Positions 9,563 to 19,402 are shown, numbered from the stretch's first letter. The stretch: DNA of 64,000 nucleotides from an uncultured Actinomycetes bacterium (GCA_963728735.1 CAVSLX010000019.1:12613-76612); one strand, 5' to 3'. The notes: a model not told the origin generated them from the sequence alone. Made by a program: numbers and translations.

Positions 9563-10294
9563 TCAGGGATGCCGCGGCGGGCGGTGCAACGATCGCGCGT
9601 CGTCTGCGAGGCCGATCCCCTTCGGCGCCGTCGCGCGGGCGAGGAGCCAGAAGAGCCCCTCGATCACGAGCGCCAGCAGCGCGACGAGGTAGGCGCCCGC
9701 GACCATCATGTCGCGCTCCTGCGTGGCGTAGCCGTCGCGGATGTACCGACCGAGGCCGCCGCCGGCGATGAACGCGGCGAGGGTGGCCGTTGCCACGATC
9801 TGCAGGGCGGCGATCCGCAGGCCCGTCACGACGAGCGGCGCCGAGAGGGGAACCTCGATCCACCGCAGGAGCTGGCGGCCGCTCATCCCCATCCCGCGGG
9901 CGGTCTCGCGCAGGTCTTCGTCGACGGCGCGCAGGCCCACCGTCGTGTTCACGAGGATCGGCGGGATCCCCAAGAGCACGAGCGCGACCACCGTCGGAAC
10001 GAATCCGAACGCGAGCGTCGGCCGGTACTGGAGCATCACGACGTAGACGAGAACGAGGACCGCGAAGGTCGGGATCGCGCGCGCCGCGTTCGCAGTCTCG
10101 ATCGCGACGACCTCGCCGCGGCGCGAGCGGGCATGGCCGGCGACGAGGCCAACGGGGATCGCGATCGCCGCCGCGATCCCGAGGCCCGCGACCGACAGCT
10201 GCACGTGCTCGAACATGCGGGTGGGGATCCCGTTCGGGCCCGACCAGTGTTCGGGGTCGGCGAGCCACGAGAGCGCCTCGACGAAAACGTTCAC
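9563..10294 (-). CDS. ABC transporter permease (OpuC/ProW-type)
   Basis: Polytopic, with an EAA-like loop DLRETARGMGMSGRQLLRWIEVPLSAP. The GTG start overlaps the upstream stop as GTGA. Confidence 0.85.
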   Translation of the reverse strand: MNVFVEALSWLADPEHWSGPNGIPTRMFEHVQLSVAGLGIAAAIAIPVGLVAGHARSRRGEVVAIETANAARAIPTFAVLVLVYVVMLQYRPTLAFGFVPTVVALVLLGIPPILVNTTVGLRAVDEDLRETARGMGMSGRQLLRWIEVPLSAPLVVTGLRIAALQIVATATLAAFIAGGGLGRYIRDGYATQERDMMVAGAYLVALLALVIEGLFWLLARATAPKGIGLADDARSLHRPPRHP

Positions 10295-10977
10295 ACGCCC
10301 ACCACCTGGACACCGGCGCGGCGCGCCCAGGGACTGAGCCGGCGCTGGAGCAGCAGCAGGAGCGATTCGGCGGCGAGCGCGAGCACGACCGACAACACCG
10401 CGCCCACGATGATCCGCGTCGTGTCGGTCAGCCGGAGCCCTTCGAAGATCAGCTGACCGAGGCCGCCTCGGCCGAAGAGCCCGCCGATCGTCACGAGCCC
10501 GACCGTCGAGACCGTGGCGATGCGGAGCCCCGCAACGATCGCGGGGAGGGCGAGGGGCACCTCGACCCTCCAGAGCACCTGGCGGCGCGTGAGGCCCATC
10601 CCCGTCGCGGCCTCGCGCACGTCGCCGGGCACGCTCCGGACCCCGGCGACGATGTTGCGGATCAAGATCAGCAGCGTGTAGATCGTGAGCGCGGTCACGA
10701 CGGGCCAGATGTTGAGGCCCATGATCGGCAGCAAGGTCACCATCAGGGCGAGCGCGGGGATCGTGTAGAGCAAGCCGGTGACCGTCGTGACGACCGGGTA
10801 GAGCCTCGGACGTCGCAGCGACAGGACCGCGAGCGGGAACGAGAGCAGCAGGCCCAGCGCGACCGAGAGCACCGTGAGAAGGACGTGCTGCGCGAGGCCG
10901 GCGCGGATGTCGTCGAGGTTGTCGACGACGAATCCCCAATCGAGGAGGTCGCCGAGGGCCACGATCGCGGGCGTCAC
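10291..10977 (-). CDS. ABC transporter permease (OpuC/ProW-type)
   Basis: EAA loop VREAATGMGLTRRQVLWRVEVPLALP. 4-nt overlap with the ATPase gene. Confidence 0.85.
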   Translation of the reverse strand: MTPAIVALGDLLDWGFVVDNLDDIRAGLAQHVLLTVLSVALGLLLSFPLAVLSLRRPRLYPVVTTVTGLLYTIPALALMVTLLPIMGLNIWPVVTALTIYTLLILIRNIVAGVRSVPGDVREAATGMGLTRRQVLWRVEVPLALPAIVAGLRIATVSTVGLVTIGGLFGRGGLGQLIFEGLRLTDTTRIIVGAVLSVVLALAAESLLLLLQRRLSPWARRAGVQVVGV

Positions 10978-11951
10978 CGGTCCTCGACCTCGCGGCTCAC
11001 GTGTTCGAGGGTGAGCGTGCCGCGGGGCCGACCGTCTTCGCCGATCACCGCGGCCGCATCGGCGCCGGCGGTCACGATCGCGTCGAGCGCGAACCGGAGC
11101 GAGTCGGTCAACGCCACCTTGGGCAACCCGTTGGCGTCGCGCGGCGGCGCGAGGTCGATGCTCGCGACCGGGATCAACGCGAGCCGCTTCAGACCGCGCT
11201 CGGCGCCGACGAACTCCTCGACGAACCCGTTGGCTGGCGCGCGGAGGATCTCCGCCGGCGTGTCGAGCTGCTCGATCCTGGCGCCGAGGTTCAAGATCGC
11301 GATCCGATCCGCCATCTTGATCGCCTCGTCGATGTCGTGCGTGACGAACACGATCGTCTTGCGCAGCGCGCGCTGCAGCTCGAGGAACTGGTCCTGCAGG
11401 CTCGCGCGAACGATCGGGTCGACGGCCGCGAACGGCTCGTCGAGCAACATCACGGGCGGATCGGCGGCGAGCGCGCGGGCCACCCCGACCCGCTGCCGCT
11501 GCCCGCCGGACAGCTCCGAGGGGTAGCGAGTCAGGAGCGGCTCGTCGAGGCGGAGCATCGCCGCGAGCTCACGAACGCGTGCCTGGATCCTCGGCTTGTC
11601 CCAGCCGAGCAGCCAGGGCACCGTGCCGATGTTCTGCTCGACCGTGCGGTGCGGGAGCAGTCCGATGGTCTGGATCACGTAGCCGATCCCGCGACGGAGC
11701 TCGTCGGGATCTTGCTCGAGCACGCCCCGACCATCGACCTCGATCGTACCTGCGTCGGGGTCGATCAGCCGGTTGATCATGCGCATCGTGGTGGTCTTGC
11801 CGCACCCCGACGGGCCCACGAGGACGATGGTCTCGCCCTCGGCGACGTCGAGGGTGAGCCCGTCGACGGCCGGGGTGGCGCCCTCCCCCGGGAACCGCTT
11901 CGTGACCCCGCGCAGCGAGATCATCGCGCGCGCCTGCTCCTCGCCGGTCAT
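10974..11951 (-). CDS. ABC transporter ATP-binding protein with C-terminal CBS-like domain (OpuCA/ProV-type)
   Basis: Walker A GPSGCGKTT, signature LSGGQRQRV, Walker B VMLLDEP. ATG at 11951. The N-terminal 240 aa of track ORF 10974..12680 belong to the neighbouring disrupted gene. Confidence 0.85.
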   Translation of the reverse strand: MTGEEQARAMISLRGVTKRFPGEGATPAVDGLTLDVAEGETIVLVGPSGCGKTTTMRMINRLIDPDAGTIEVDGRGVLEQDPDELRRGIGYVIQTIGLLPHRTVEQNIGTVPWLLGWDKPRIQARVRELAAMLRLDEPLLTRYPSELSGGQRQRVGVARALAADPPVMLLDEPFAAVDPIVRASLQDQFLELQRALRKTIVFVTHDIDEAIKMADRIAILNLGARIEQLDTPAEILRAPANGFVEEFVGAERGLKRLALIPVASIDLAPPRDANGLPKVALTDSLRFALDAIVTAGADAAAVIGEDGRPRGTLTLEHVSREVEDR

Positions 11952-11977
11952 GCGGGGCAGTGTAGGTCGAGTCGGCG

Positions 11978-13546
11978 CTACCGCTTGGTGTCTTTCAGGA
12001 TCTGGCGCGCCGCGTTCGCGCCCGGGCCGCCGGTGATCCCGCCGCCGGGATGCGCGCCCGAGCCCGCGAGGTACAGACCGTCGAGCAGGTAGCCGTACCG
12101 CGCGTGGCCGAGCAGCGGCCGCCAGGCGAAGAACTGGTCGAGGCCGGGTTCCGCGTGCTGCAGGTGGCCGCCGCTGAGGCCGTGGTCGGTCTCCATGTCC
12201 TCCGGCGTGATCACCTGGCGAGCGTGACGAGCTCGCCGAGACCGGGGGCGAAGCGCTCGAGCGTCTTGACGGCGAGGTCGCCGACGCGATCGCGCTCGGT
12301 GGACCAGTCGCCGTCGCGGAGGTTCCGCGGCGCCGCCTGGAACGAGCGATGCTCATCACGTGCGTGCCCTCGGGCGCGAGCGACGGATCGACGAGCGTCG
12401 GGATCGTCGCCTCGAGGAGCGGCTCCTCCGCGACGTGGCCGTACTTCCACGCGTCCATCGCGCGCTCGACGTCGTCGATCGACGGCCCGATCACGATGCG
12501 TCCCTCAGCCGCTCGACGGGTCGTCGGCGCCGTCGAACGCCGGGAGCCCGCCGAGCGCCAGGTTGACCTTCGCCGTGGCGCCCGGCTGGCGGATGTTCTC
12601 GGTCCGCCAGACGAGCGTGGGCCCGAGCTCGACCGGATCGCACAAGCGAGCGGTGGCCTTCGGGTCGGCGGCCGAGACACGACGATCGCGGCGTCGATCT
12701 CGGTGCCGTCGGCGAGGGTGACGCCGCGCGACGCGCCCGTCCTTCGAGCGGATCTGCGCGACCTCCGTGCCGCGTGCGGACGTCGACGCCGAACGACCTC
12801 GCGGCGCTCTCGAGCGCCTCGGCGAGCGCCGCGTGCCGCCGCGCGCGAACACGGCCGTGCCCGCCGCCCCGCCGTCGGTGCCGGCGGAGTCGTTCAGGAA
12901 GACCGCCGCCGAGCCCGTGGCCCAGGCGCCCATCGCCGTGTCCAGGACGCCGCGCGTCGCGAGGGGACCGCGCACCGCCTCGGACTCGAAGACCTCCTGC
13001 ACGAGGTCGGCGACCGCCATCGGGAGCGCGCGGATCGCCTCGCGGCCCGGCTTCGGCCCCGAGGTCGCGGAACGCCTTCCCGAGCTTCAGCCCCATCGAT
13101 CGCGTCGGCGATCGATGGGGACTTCGGGTCGGGAGGCGTCGCAGCGTTCACGTAGGCGAGGAAGCTCGCGATGGCGCGGACCTTCTGATCGAACGCCGGG
13201 AAGCGTTCCGCGTCGCTGCACGCTCCGCTCGCGGAGCTCCTCGGCCGTGCGCTGCGGATCGGCCCAGAACGTGACGGCCGAGCCGTCGGGTTGCGGCGCG
13301 AACATGCGGACGTCCGGCGTGATCGGATCGAAGCCGTGCGGCCGCGAGCTTGAGGTCTTTCACGACCGACGAGCGCAAGCGGCCGACGGTGTGCAACAAG
13401 CCCGGAGCGGTGAAGCCGGAGCGCGAACGCTCGCGAGCCCGCAGCACACCGCCGACCACGTCGGATCTGCTCGAGCACGATGACCTTCCGGCCGGCCTTC
13501 GCGAGGTACGCGGCGGCCACGAGGCCGTTGTGGCCGCCCCGATCAC
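11978..13546 (-). pseudogene. phytoene-desaturase-family (CrtI-like) NAD(P)/FAD-dependent oxidoreductase, about ten frame switches
   Basis: Fragments in all three frames: AAAYLAKAGRKVIVLEQ, MFAPQPDGSAVTFWADPQRTAEELRERS, MAVADLVQEVFESEAVRGPLATRGVLD, ATAKVNLALGGLP, IGPSIDDVERAMDAWKYGHV...TIPTLVDPSLAPEG, C-terminus LYLAGSGAHPGGGITGGPG. Paralogous to the next gene. Confidence 0.7.
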
Positions 13547-13562
13547 GACGACGTCGGTTCCG

Positions 13563-15201
13563 TTAGCGTACCGCCTTCGGCGCGAGCCTGATCAGCGTCG
13601 CCGCCCTCCGTCCGCGCTTCTTCTCCTTCAGGTACTCGAGCGCGGCGATCCGGCCGGGGGCGCCCATGATGCCGCCGCCGGGGTGCGTCGCCGAACCGCA
13701 CATCCAGAGGTCCTTCACCGGGGTCCGGTAGCGCGCCCAGCCCGGCACCGGGCGGTTGAAGAAGAGCTGCTCGAGCGAGAGCTCGCCGGCGAAGATATTG
13801 CCCTCCGATAGGCCGGTGATGTCCTCGATGTCCTTCGGCGTCACGAACTGTTGGCCGACGATGTGGTCGCGGATCCTCGGGAACCGCTCCTCGATCGTGT
13901 CGATCACGTTCTGGCCGAAGGCCTCGCGCTTCGCGTCGTCCCAGACCTCGCCGCCCGCGAGGTGGTACGGGGCGTACTGCACGAAGCAGCTCATCACGTG
14001 CTTGCCCGGGGGCGCCATCGTCGGGTCGACGAGCGTCGGGATGATCATGTCGATGTACGGGACGCTGCGACGGCCGTCCGTACTTGGCGTCGTCGTAGGC
14101 CCGCTCGATGTAGTCGATCGACGGCGAGAACGAGATCGCGCCGCGGAGCCACTCCCCCTTGCCCGGCTTGCACGCGAGCTCCGGAAGCCCGTCGAGCGCG
14201 AGGTTCACCTTGCCGGAGGAGCCGCGGTACTTGTAGCGGAGCACCTCCTCGCGGAACGAGGGATCGAGCACGTGCTCCTCGAGGAGCTTGATGAACGTCC
14301 ATCGCGAGTCGAGCGAGCTCATCACGACGCCTGCCTCGATCTCCTCGCCCGACTCGAGCACGACGCCGGTCGCGCGGCCGCCGACCGTCTTGATCTCGGC
14401 GACGGGCGCCTCGGTCCGGATCTCGACGCCTTCGGCGAGGGCCGAGCTCGCGATCGCGTAGGCGATCGAGCCGGTGCCGCCGCGCGGCACGCCCCACGCT
14501 CGGAAGGCGCCGTCGATCTCCCCCATGTAGTGGTGGAGCAATACGTAGGCCGTGCCCGGCGAGCGAGGCCCCTGGAACGTCCCGATGATGCCCGACGCGC
14601 TCATCGTCGCCTTCAGCGGCTCGGTTTCGAACCACTGGTCGAGGAAGTCGGCGGCGCTCATCGACATCAGCTGCACGAAGGTCGTCTGCAAGCGGCGTGG
14701 GAGGTCCTTGAACGACTTCGCGAGGCCCGTGAGCGGCAGCCACTCCATCGGGTTGATCTTGCCCGGGTCCGGCGGGGGCACCGACAGGATCGGCTTGATG
14801 AACCGGCCCATCTCGGCCATCAGCGGTCCGTATTCCTCGTAGGCCTCGGCGTCGTTCAGCGACCATCGGCGGAGCTCGCGCACCGTCTTGCCGTGGTCGT
14901 TCACGCGCCACAGGTAGTCGTCGTCGAGCGGCGTGATCGTGCCGTCGAGCGGAAGGATCTCCATGCCGTGCTTCGGAAGCTCGAGCTCGCGGATGATCTC
15001 GGGACGCAGGAGCGACACGACGTAGGAGAAGACCGAGAACTTGAAGCCGGGCACGATCTCCTCGGTAAGCGTCGCGCCGCCGAGGATATGGCGCCGTTCG
15101 AGCACGAGGACCTTCAGGCCGGCCTTCGCGAGGTAGGCGGCGTTGACGAGGCCGTTGTGCCCGCCGCCGATCACGACCGCGTCGTAGCGCTTCGGTGCCA
15201 T
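13563..15201 (-). pseudogene. phytoene-desaturase-family (CrtI-like) NAD(P)/FAD-dependent oxidoreductase, single frameshift near 14070
   Basis: N-terminus YDAVVIGGGHNGLVNAAYLAKAGLKVLVLE. Frame changes at ...YGRPSQRP / (Y)IDMIIPTLVDPTMAPPG, where CCC seems to replace CC. C-terminus LWMCGSATHPGGGIMGAPG lies in ORF 13563..14048. Confidence 0.75.
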
Positions 15202-15313
15202 CGGAGCCTCCTGGACGAAGGATGACCGAAGGTGCAGATGGCCCTCGGTCGCGGGCGCAGGCCGCGCCGGTCCCCGATGCTAGCGAGGGCTTCCGGGGGG
15301 TTCCAACCCACGC

Positions 15314-15328
15314 TTGACCTGAGGTCAA
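15314..15328. promoter_or_regulatory. perfect palindrome TTGACC-TGA-GGTCAA in a divergent intergenic region (candidate operator)
   Basis: Read directly. Lies between the divergent starts at 15201(-) and 15421(+). Confidence 0.3.
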
Positions 15329-15420
15329 TCGGTGCAGTGCCGCCGGCGCCGCGCGCTCGGCTACCCTGAGCCTCGCATCCCTCCCTCGCTTCGTCAGCGT
15401 CGTCGTCAGGAGGTCCACCC

Positions 15421-16614
15421 GTGAGCGTCGGCACCGCGTTCTGGCCCCGCCAGAAGGAGCTGAACACCAAGGAGGCCTGGGGCGAGTGGTCCGGGTACTT
15501 CGCGGCGGCCGTCTACGCCGACTTCCACGACATCGAGTACAGCGCGATCCGCGAGGCGGCGGCGGTGATCGACATCAGCCCGCTCTACAAGTACGTGGTG
15601 AGCGGCGGCGACGCGGCCCGGCTGCTCGACCGCGTGATGACGCGCGACGTCTCGAAGCTGCAGGTCGACCAGGTCTACTACACGCCGTGGTGCGACGAAG
15701 AGGGCAAGGTCGTCGACGACGGCACGCTGACCCGCCTCAGCGACGACAGCTACCGGATCACCGCCGCCGATCCATGCTTCCGATGGTTCGAGCTGAATGC
15801 GACGGGGCTCGACGTCGAGATCCGAGACGTGAGCGAGGCCACCGCCGGGCTCGCGCTGCAGGGACGGCTCTCGCGCGAGGTGCTCGAGGCGGCGACCGGC
15901 GACCCGTGGCCGGACGTGCGGTACTTCCGTCGGCGGCTCGGGTCGATCGCCGGCGTCGAGGTCGACGTGACCCGCACGGGCTACACGGGCGACCGCGGCT
16001 ACGAGATCTGGATGCCCGCCGACGGCGCGCTCGCGGTCTGGGACCGCCTCTTCGAGGTCGGTGAAGCGTTCGGGATCCACCCGGCGGGGATCCGCGCGCT
16101 CGACGTGTCGCGGGTCGAGGCCGGGCTCATCCTGATCGAGGCCGACTACACGAGCGCCCGCCATGCGATCTCGCCGGAGCAGACGTACTCCCCCTTCGAG
16201 CTGGGTCTCGACCGGCTCGTCGCGTTCGGCAAGCGGTCCGACTTCAACGGGCGACGCGCCCTCCTCGCCGAACAGGCGGCCGGTGGCCCCCCGCGGCGCC
16301 TCGTCGGGCTCGAGCTCGACTGGGCCGGGATCGAGGGGATGTTCGCGAAGCACGGCCTCGCGCCGATGATCAGCCCCTTCGTCCAGCGCGACCCGGTTCC
16401 CGTGTACCGCGAGAAGACGCAGATCGGCCGCGCGACCTCGATGGTCTGGGGACCGACGATCAAGAAGATGATCGCCTTCGGGTCGATCGACGCGCGGTTC
16501 GAGCGTCGCGGCACCCGCCTCCAGGTCGAATACAGCGTCGAGGGCGAACGGGGCAAGGTCGACGCGCACGTCGTCGCGCTGCCCTTCCTCGACCTCGAGC
16601 GTAAGCGCACGTAG
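15421..16614 (+). CDS. aminomethyltransferase-family (GcvT-like, folate-binding) protein
   Basis: GcvT-fold pattern AVIDISPLYKYVVSG.DA..LL, LALQGRLSREVL, TRTGYTGDRGYEIWMP. GTG start with AGGAGG 8 nt upstream. Confidence 0.85.
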   Translation: MSVGTAFWPRQKELNTKEAWGEWSGYFAAAVYADFHDIEYSAIREAAAVIDISPLYKYVVSGGDAARLLDRVMTRDVSKLQVDQVYYTPWCDEEGKVVDDGTLTRLSDDSYRITAADPCFRWFELNATGLDVEIRDVSEATAGLALQGRLSREVLEAATGDPWPDVRYFRRRLGSIAGVEVDVTRTGYTGDRGYEIWMPADGALAVWDRLFEVGEAFGIHPAGIRALDVSRVEAGLILIEADYTSARHAISPEQTYSPFELGLDRLVAFGKRSDFNGRRALLAEQAAGGPPRRLVGLELDWAGIEGMFAKHGLAPMISPFVQRDPVPVYREKTQIGRATSMVWGPTIKKMIAFGSIDARFERRGTRLQVEYSVEGERGKVDAHVVALPFLDLERKRT

Positions 16615-16705
16615 CGCGCCGGCGAAGGCGCGCCCGCCGGGCGCCACGCCAAAGCCATCCGTATCGCGGTCGGGTCGAGCAGCGGTCTGCGAAGATTGAG
16701 GTGCC

Positions 16706-18619
16706 GTGCGCCGTTCCGCCTCTCCCACCCTGATCCTGTTCGCCCTGCTCGGGGGCATCGCCGCGCTCGTGGTCACCTCGCAGGGGAGCCTGGTCGCCGG
16801 CGTCCTCACGGGGCTCACGGTGTGGCTCGTCGCGATGGCCGGGATCTGGATCGCCCTGCGGCGTGACGACGGCGCCGGACCCGACGATCCGGCCCGGCGC
16901 CGATTCATGGCGTTCGCGGGACTCGGGGGCCTCGCGTGGGTGGCCGGGGGCGCCACGATCGCCCGCGTCGCCAAGAGCGTGACGCGGGCCGACGCCGTCG
17001 CGGCGCAGGAGAGCGCGGCCGTCCGGCTCGGCGGGGGCTACATGGAGCTCGTGAGGCGGGCTTACCACCGGGGACGCTCCGGTGACCTCCAGCTCGTGCT
17101 GGCGCCGTTCAACTCGTCGAACTACGCGCCGGAGTCCCTCTCGTTGGTGCCGCGCGATCCGCGGACGAGCCACGCGAGCATCTGGATGTACCTCGAGCGG
17201 ATCCCCCTCGTCGCCTACGGGCCGGGCATCGTCCGGCCCATGGACAACGGCCCAATGGACAACGGCAGGGACCGGGTCTCGCTCGCCGACCTCGCCCCGA
17301 CGACCGCGCGGCTCGCCGGCATGGAGACATGGCCCGGGGACCGTGACGGCGCGCCGCTGCCCGGCGTCGGGACCTCGGGTCGCAGACCCAAGGTGGTCGT
17401 GACCTACGTGATCGACGGCGGCGGATGGAACGTGCTCCAGACCTTCCCCGACGACTGGCCGAACCTGCGGCGGCTGATGCAGGGCGGCGCGAACTTCCGC
17501 AACGCGATCGTCGGGTCGTTCCCCGCCGTGACGGCGTGCGCGCACGCCACGATCGGCACCGGTGCCTTCCCCTGGAAGCACGGCATCACCGGGCACAACA
17601 TCCGCGACGGGGAGAACGTGCGCAAGGCCTACGGCACCTCGGGTGAGGCCGACCCATCGGACATCTTGCTCCCGACGCTCGCCGACCTCTGGCACACCGA
17701 GACCGGCGGCCGGGCGTGGGTCGGCGAGATCGGCTATCAGGTCTGGCACCTCGGGATGCTCGGCCACGGCGGCACCGAGCGCGACGGTGACGCCCCGGTG
17801 GGCGTCTACTTCGACGAGTTCGCCCGGCAGTGGGCGCCGCACCACCCCGAGCGATTCAGGCTGCCCGGGCTCGTGCCCGAGATCGAGCGGCTGATCGGAT
17901 ACCAGGCCGCGTTCGAACCGCTCGACGTCGATCGGCAGTTCGATCCGGTCGGACGCCAGATCGACTGCTGCAGCCCGCCGATCATCACCTACCAGGGCGA
18001 CCTGATCGAGGCCGCGTTCGACAGCGAGCCGATCGGCCGGACGGGCACCACCGATCTGCTCTACATCAACTACAAGTCGCCCGACTACGCCGGGCACCTC
18101 TACGGGATGGGCTCGCCGTGGGTCGGCCTTGTCCTGCGCGAGGTCGACGCGCAGCTCGGCAGGTTGGAGCGCCTGCTCGAGGAACGGTTCCCGGGCGACT
18201 ACGTGCTGCTCGTGACGGCCGACCACGGCCAGTGTCCGCAGCCGGATGACGTCGGCGGCGTTCGGCTCGATCCGATCCAGCTGGGAGAGCAGATCGAGAG
18301 CGAGTTCGGCGGGCTCTTCGACCCGGTGCAAAGCGTCGTGCCCCACGAGGTCTACCTGCACGCCGACGCGCTCGAGGACGCCGGCGCGACGGTCGACGAC
18401 GTCGCGGCGTTCCTCCGCGACCTCACCTACCGGCGGAACCTCGGCCCGTACGTCCCGCGCGACGCGATCGAGCAGGAGCTCCTCGACAACAAGGAGTTCG
18501 CCGCGGTGTTCTCCGTCGACTGGCTCGAGGGGCTGCGTGGACGGGACCCGGCGACGTTCGGCGAGAGCGCGTACACGGGCGACGGCGTCGACATCGGGAT
18601 CCCCCCGGCCCCGGAGTAA
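16706..18619 (+). CDS. membrane-anchored alkaline-phosphatase-superfamily protein (type I phosphodiesterase/nucleotide pyrophosphatase-like)
   Basis: Two N-terminal TM segments, then RRRFMAFAGLGGLA. Metal and nucleophile motifs YVIDGGGW, FPAVTACAHATIGTG, DYAGHLYG, LLVTADHGQ. Confidence 0.7.
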   Translation: MRRSASPTLILFALLGGIAALVVTSQGSLVAGVLTGLTVWLVAMAGIWIALRRDDGAGPDDPARRRFMAFAGLGGLAWVAGGATIARVAKSVTRADAVAAQESAAVRLGGGYMELVRRAYHRGRSGDLQLVLAPFNSSNYAPESLSLVPRDPRTSHASIWMYLERIPLVAYGPGIVRPMDNGPMDNGRDRVSLADLAPTTARLAGMETWPGDRDGAPLPGVGTSGRRPKVVVTYVIDGGGWNVLQTFPDDWPNLRRLMQGGANFRNAIVGSFPAVTACAHATIGTGAFPWKHGITGHNIRDGENVRKAYGTSGEADPSDILLPTLADLWHTETGGRAWVGEIGYQVWHLGMLGHGGTERDGDAPVGVYFDEFARQWAPHHPERFRLPGLVPEIERLIGYQAAFEPLDVDRQFDPVGRQIDCCSPPIITYQGDLIEAAFDSEPIGRTGTTDLLYINYKSPDYAGHLYGMGSPWVGLVLREVDAQLGRLERLLEERFPGDYVLLVTADHGQCPQPDDVGGVRLDPIQLGEQIESEFGGLFDPVQSVVPHEVYLHADALEDAGATVDDVAAFLRDLTYRRNLGPYVPRDAIEQELLDNKEFAAVFSVDWLEGLRGRDPATFGESAYTGDGVDIGIPPAPE

Positions 18620-18659
18620 CAGGCGCCGGGAGGCACGTTCGTCGCGCGGGCGTTCGCGC

Positions 18660-19322
18660 TCAGCCGATGTGCATCGGGCCCGCGTGTGCCTCCTCGTCGT
18701 CGAACGTGTTGCCCTCGGCAGGGATGGGGGTCGCGCGCAGCATGCGGGCCATGTGCACGGTGTTGTGCGCCATCCACCGGGTCGTCCGCTGCGTGTAGGC
18801 GTGATCCTCCCCGCCCGCCTCGATGTAGCTCGGCCCGGGCCCGGCGTCGCCCACCCAGTAGGTGTCGGCGTTGGGAGGGATCGTGCACCCGAGGTGGGAG
18901 AGGTTGAACAGGGTCGTCTCGGCGGCCGCGTGCGCGCCGTCTTCGTTCCCGGTCACGACGACGCAGCCGACCTTGTTGTAGAGCGGATACTGGCCGGCGT
19001 CGTTCCGCTCGTTGTACGTGCCGTCCAATCGCTCGATCACCATCTGCGCCACCGAGCCCCGGACGCCGAACCAGATCGGCGTGCCGATGCAGATGATGTC
19101 GGCGGCCTTGACCTTTTCGAGGATCTGCGGCCACTCGTCGCCGTCCCCCTCGTCTGAGCTCACCCCGAAGGGCACGTTGAAGTCGGCCACGCGGATGATC
19201 TCGGCCTCGACGTCCATCCGGTCCCACCACGCCTTCACCTTGCGCATCAGCGCCTCGGTGTTCGAGACTTCGGGCGAACGCTTGAGGGTGCAGTTAAGCA
19301 TCACGGCTCGAAGGGTTGTCAC
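18660..19322 (-). CDS. flavodoxin-like NAD(P)H-dependent FMN reductase family protein
   Basis: N-terminus LNCTLKRSPEVSNTEAL, then IICIGTPIWFG and VVVTGNEDG. GTG at 19322 follows GGAAGGA. The longer track ORF (to 20240) is rejected. Confidence 0.7.
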   Translation of the reverse strand: MTTLRAVMLNCTLKRSPEVSNTEALMRKVKAWWDRMDVEAEIIRVADFNVPFGVSSDEGDGDEWPQILEKVKAADIICIGTPIWFGVRGSVAQMVIERLDGTYNERNDAGQYPLYNKVGCVVVTGNEDGAHAAAETTLFNLSHLGCTIPPNADTYWVGDAGPGPSYIEAGGEDHAYTQRTTRWMAHNTVHMARMLRATPIPAEGNTFDDEEAHAGPMHIG

Positions 19323-19332
19323 GTCGTCCTTC

Positions 19333-19402
19333 CTTGTCTCGCGGTCCTTGTCTCGCGGGTCTTGTCTCGCGGGTCTTGTCTCGCGGGTCTTGTCTCGCGG
19401 GC
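19333..19402. repeat. tandem repeat, 14-bp unit CTTGTCTCGCGGGT x5
   Basis: Counted directly: copies at 19333, 19347, 19361, 19375, 19389. The three central copies are identical. The array abuts the RBS of the flavodoxin-like gene. Confidence 0.9.

Noticed and set aside
9790-11526. 578-aa plus-strand ORF
   Set aside because: It is antisense to the ABC permease and ATPase genes, which carry canonical motifs.
15329-15420. Glycine riboswitch upstream of the GcvT-like gene
   Set aside because: No tandem aptamer-like conserved GGAGAG/CACCG elements are visible, and the leader is too short.
16460-18361. 633-aa minus-strand ORF
   Set aside because: It is antisense to the GcvT-like and phosphodiesterase-like genes, with low-complexity Arg/Gly/Pro composition.
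19333-19402. Possible CRISPR array
   Set aside because: The units are 14 bp and directly abutting, with no spacers, and there are no cas genes. It is a simple tandem repeat.
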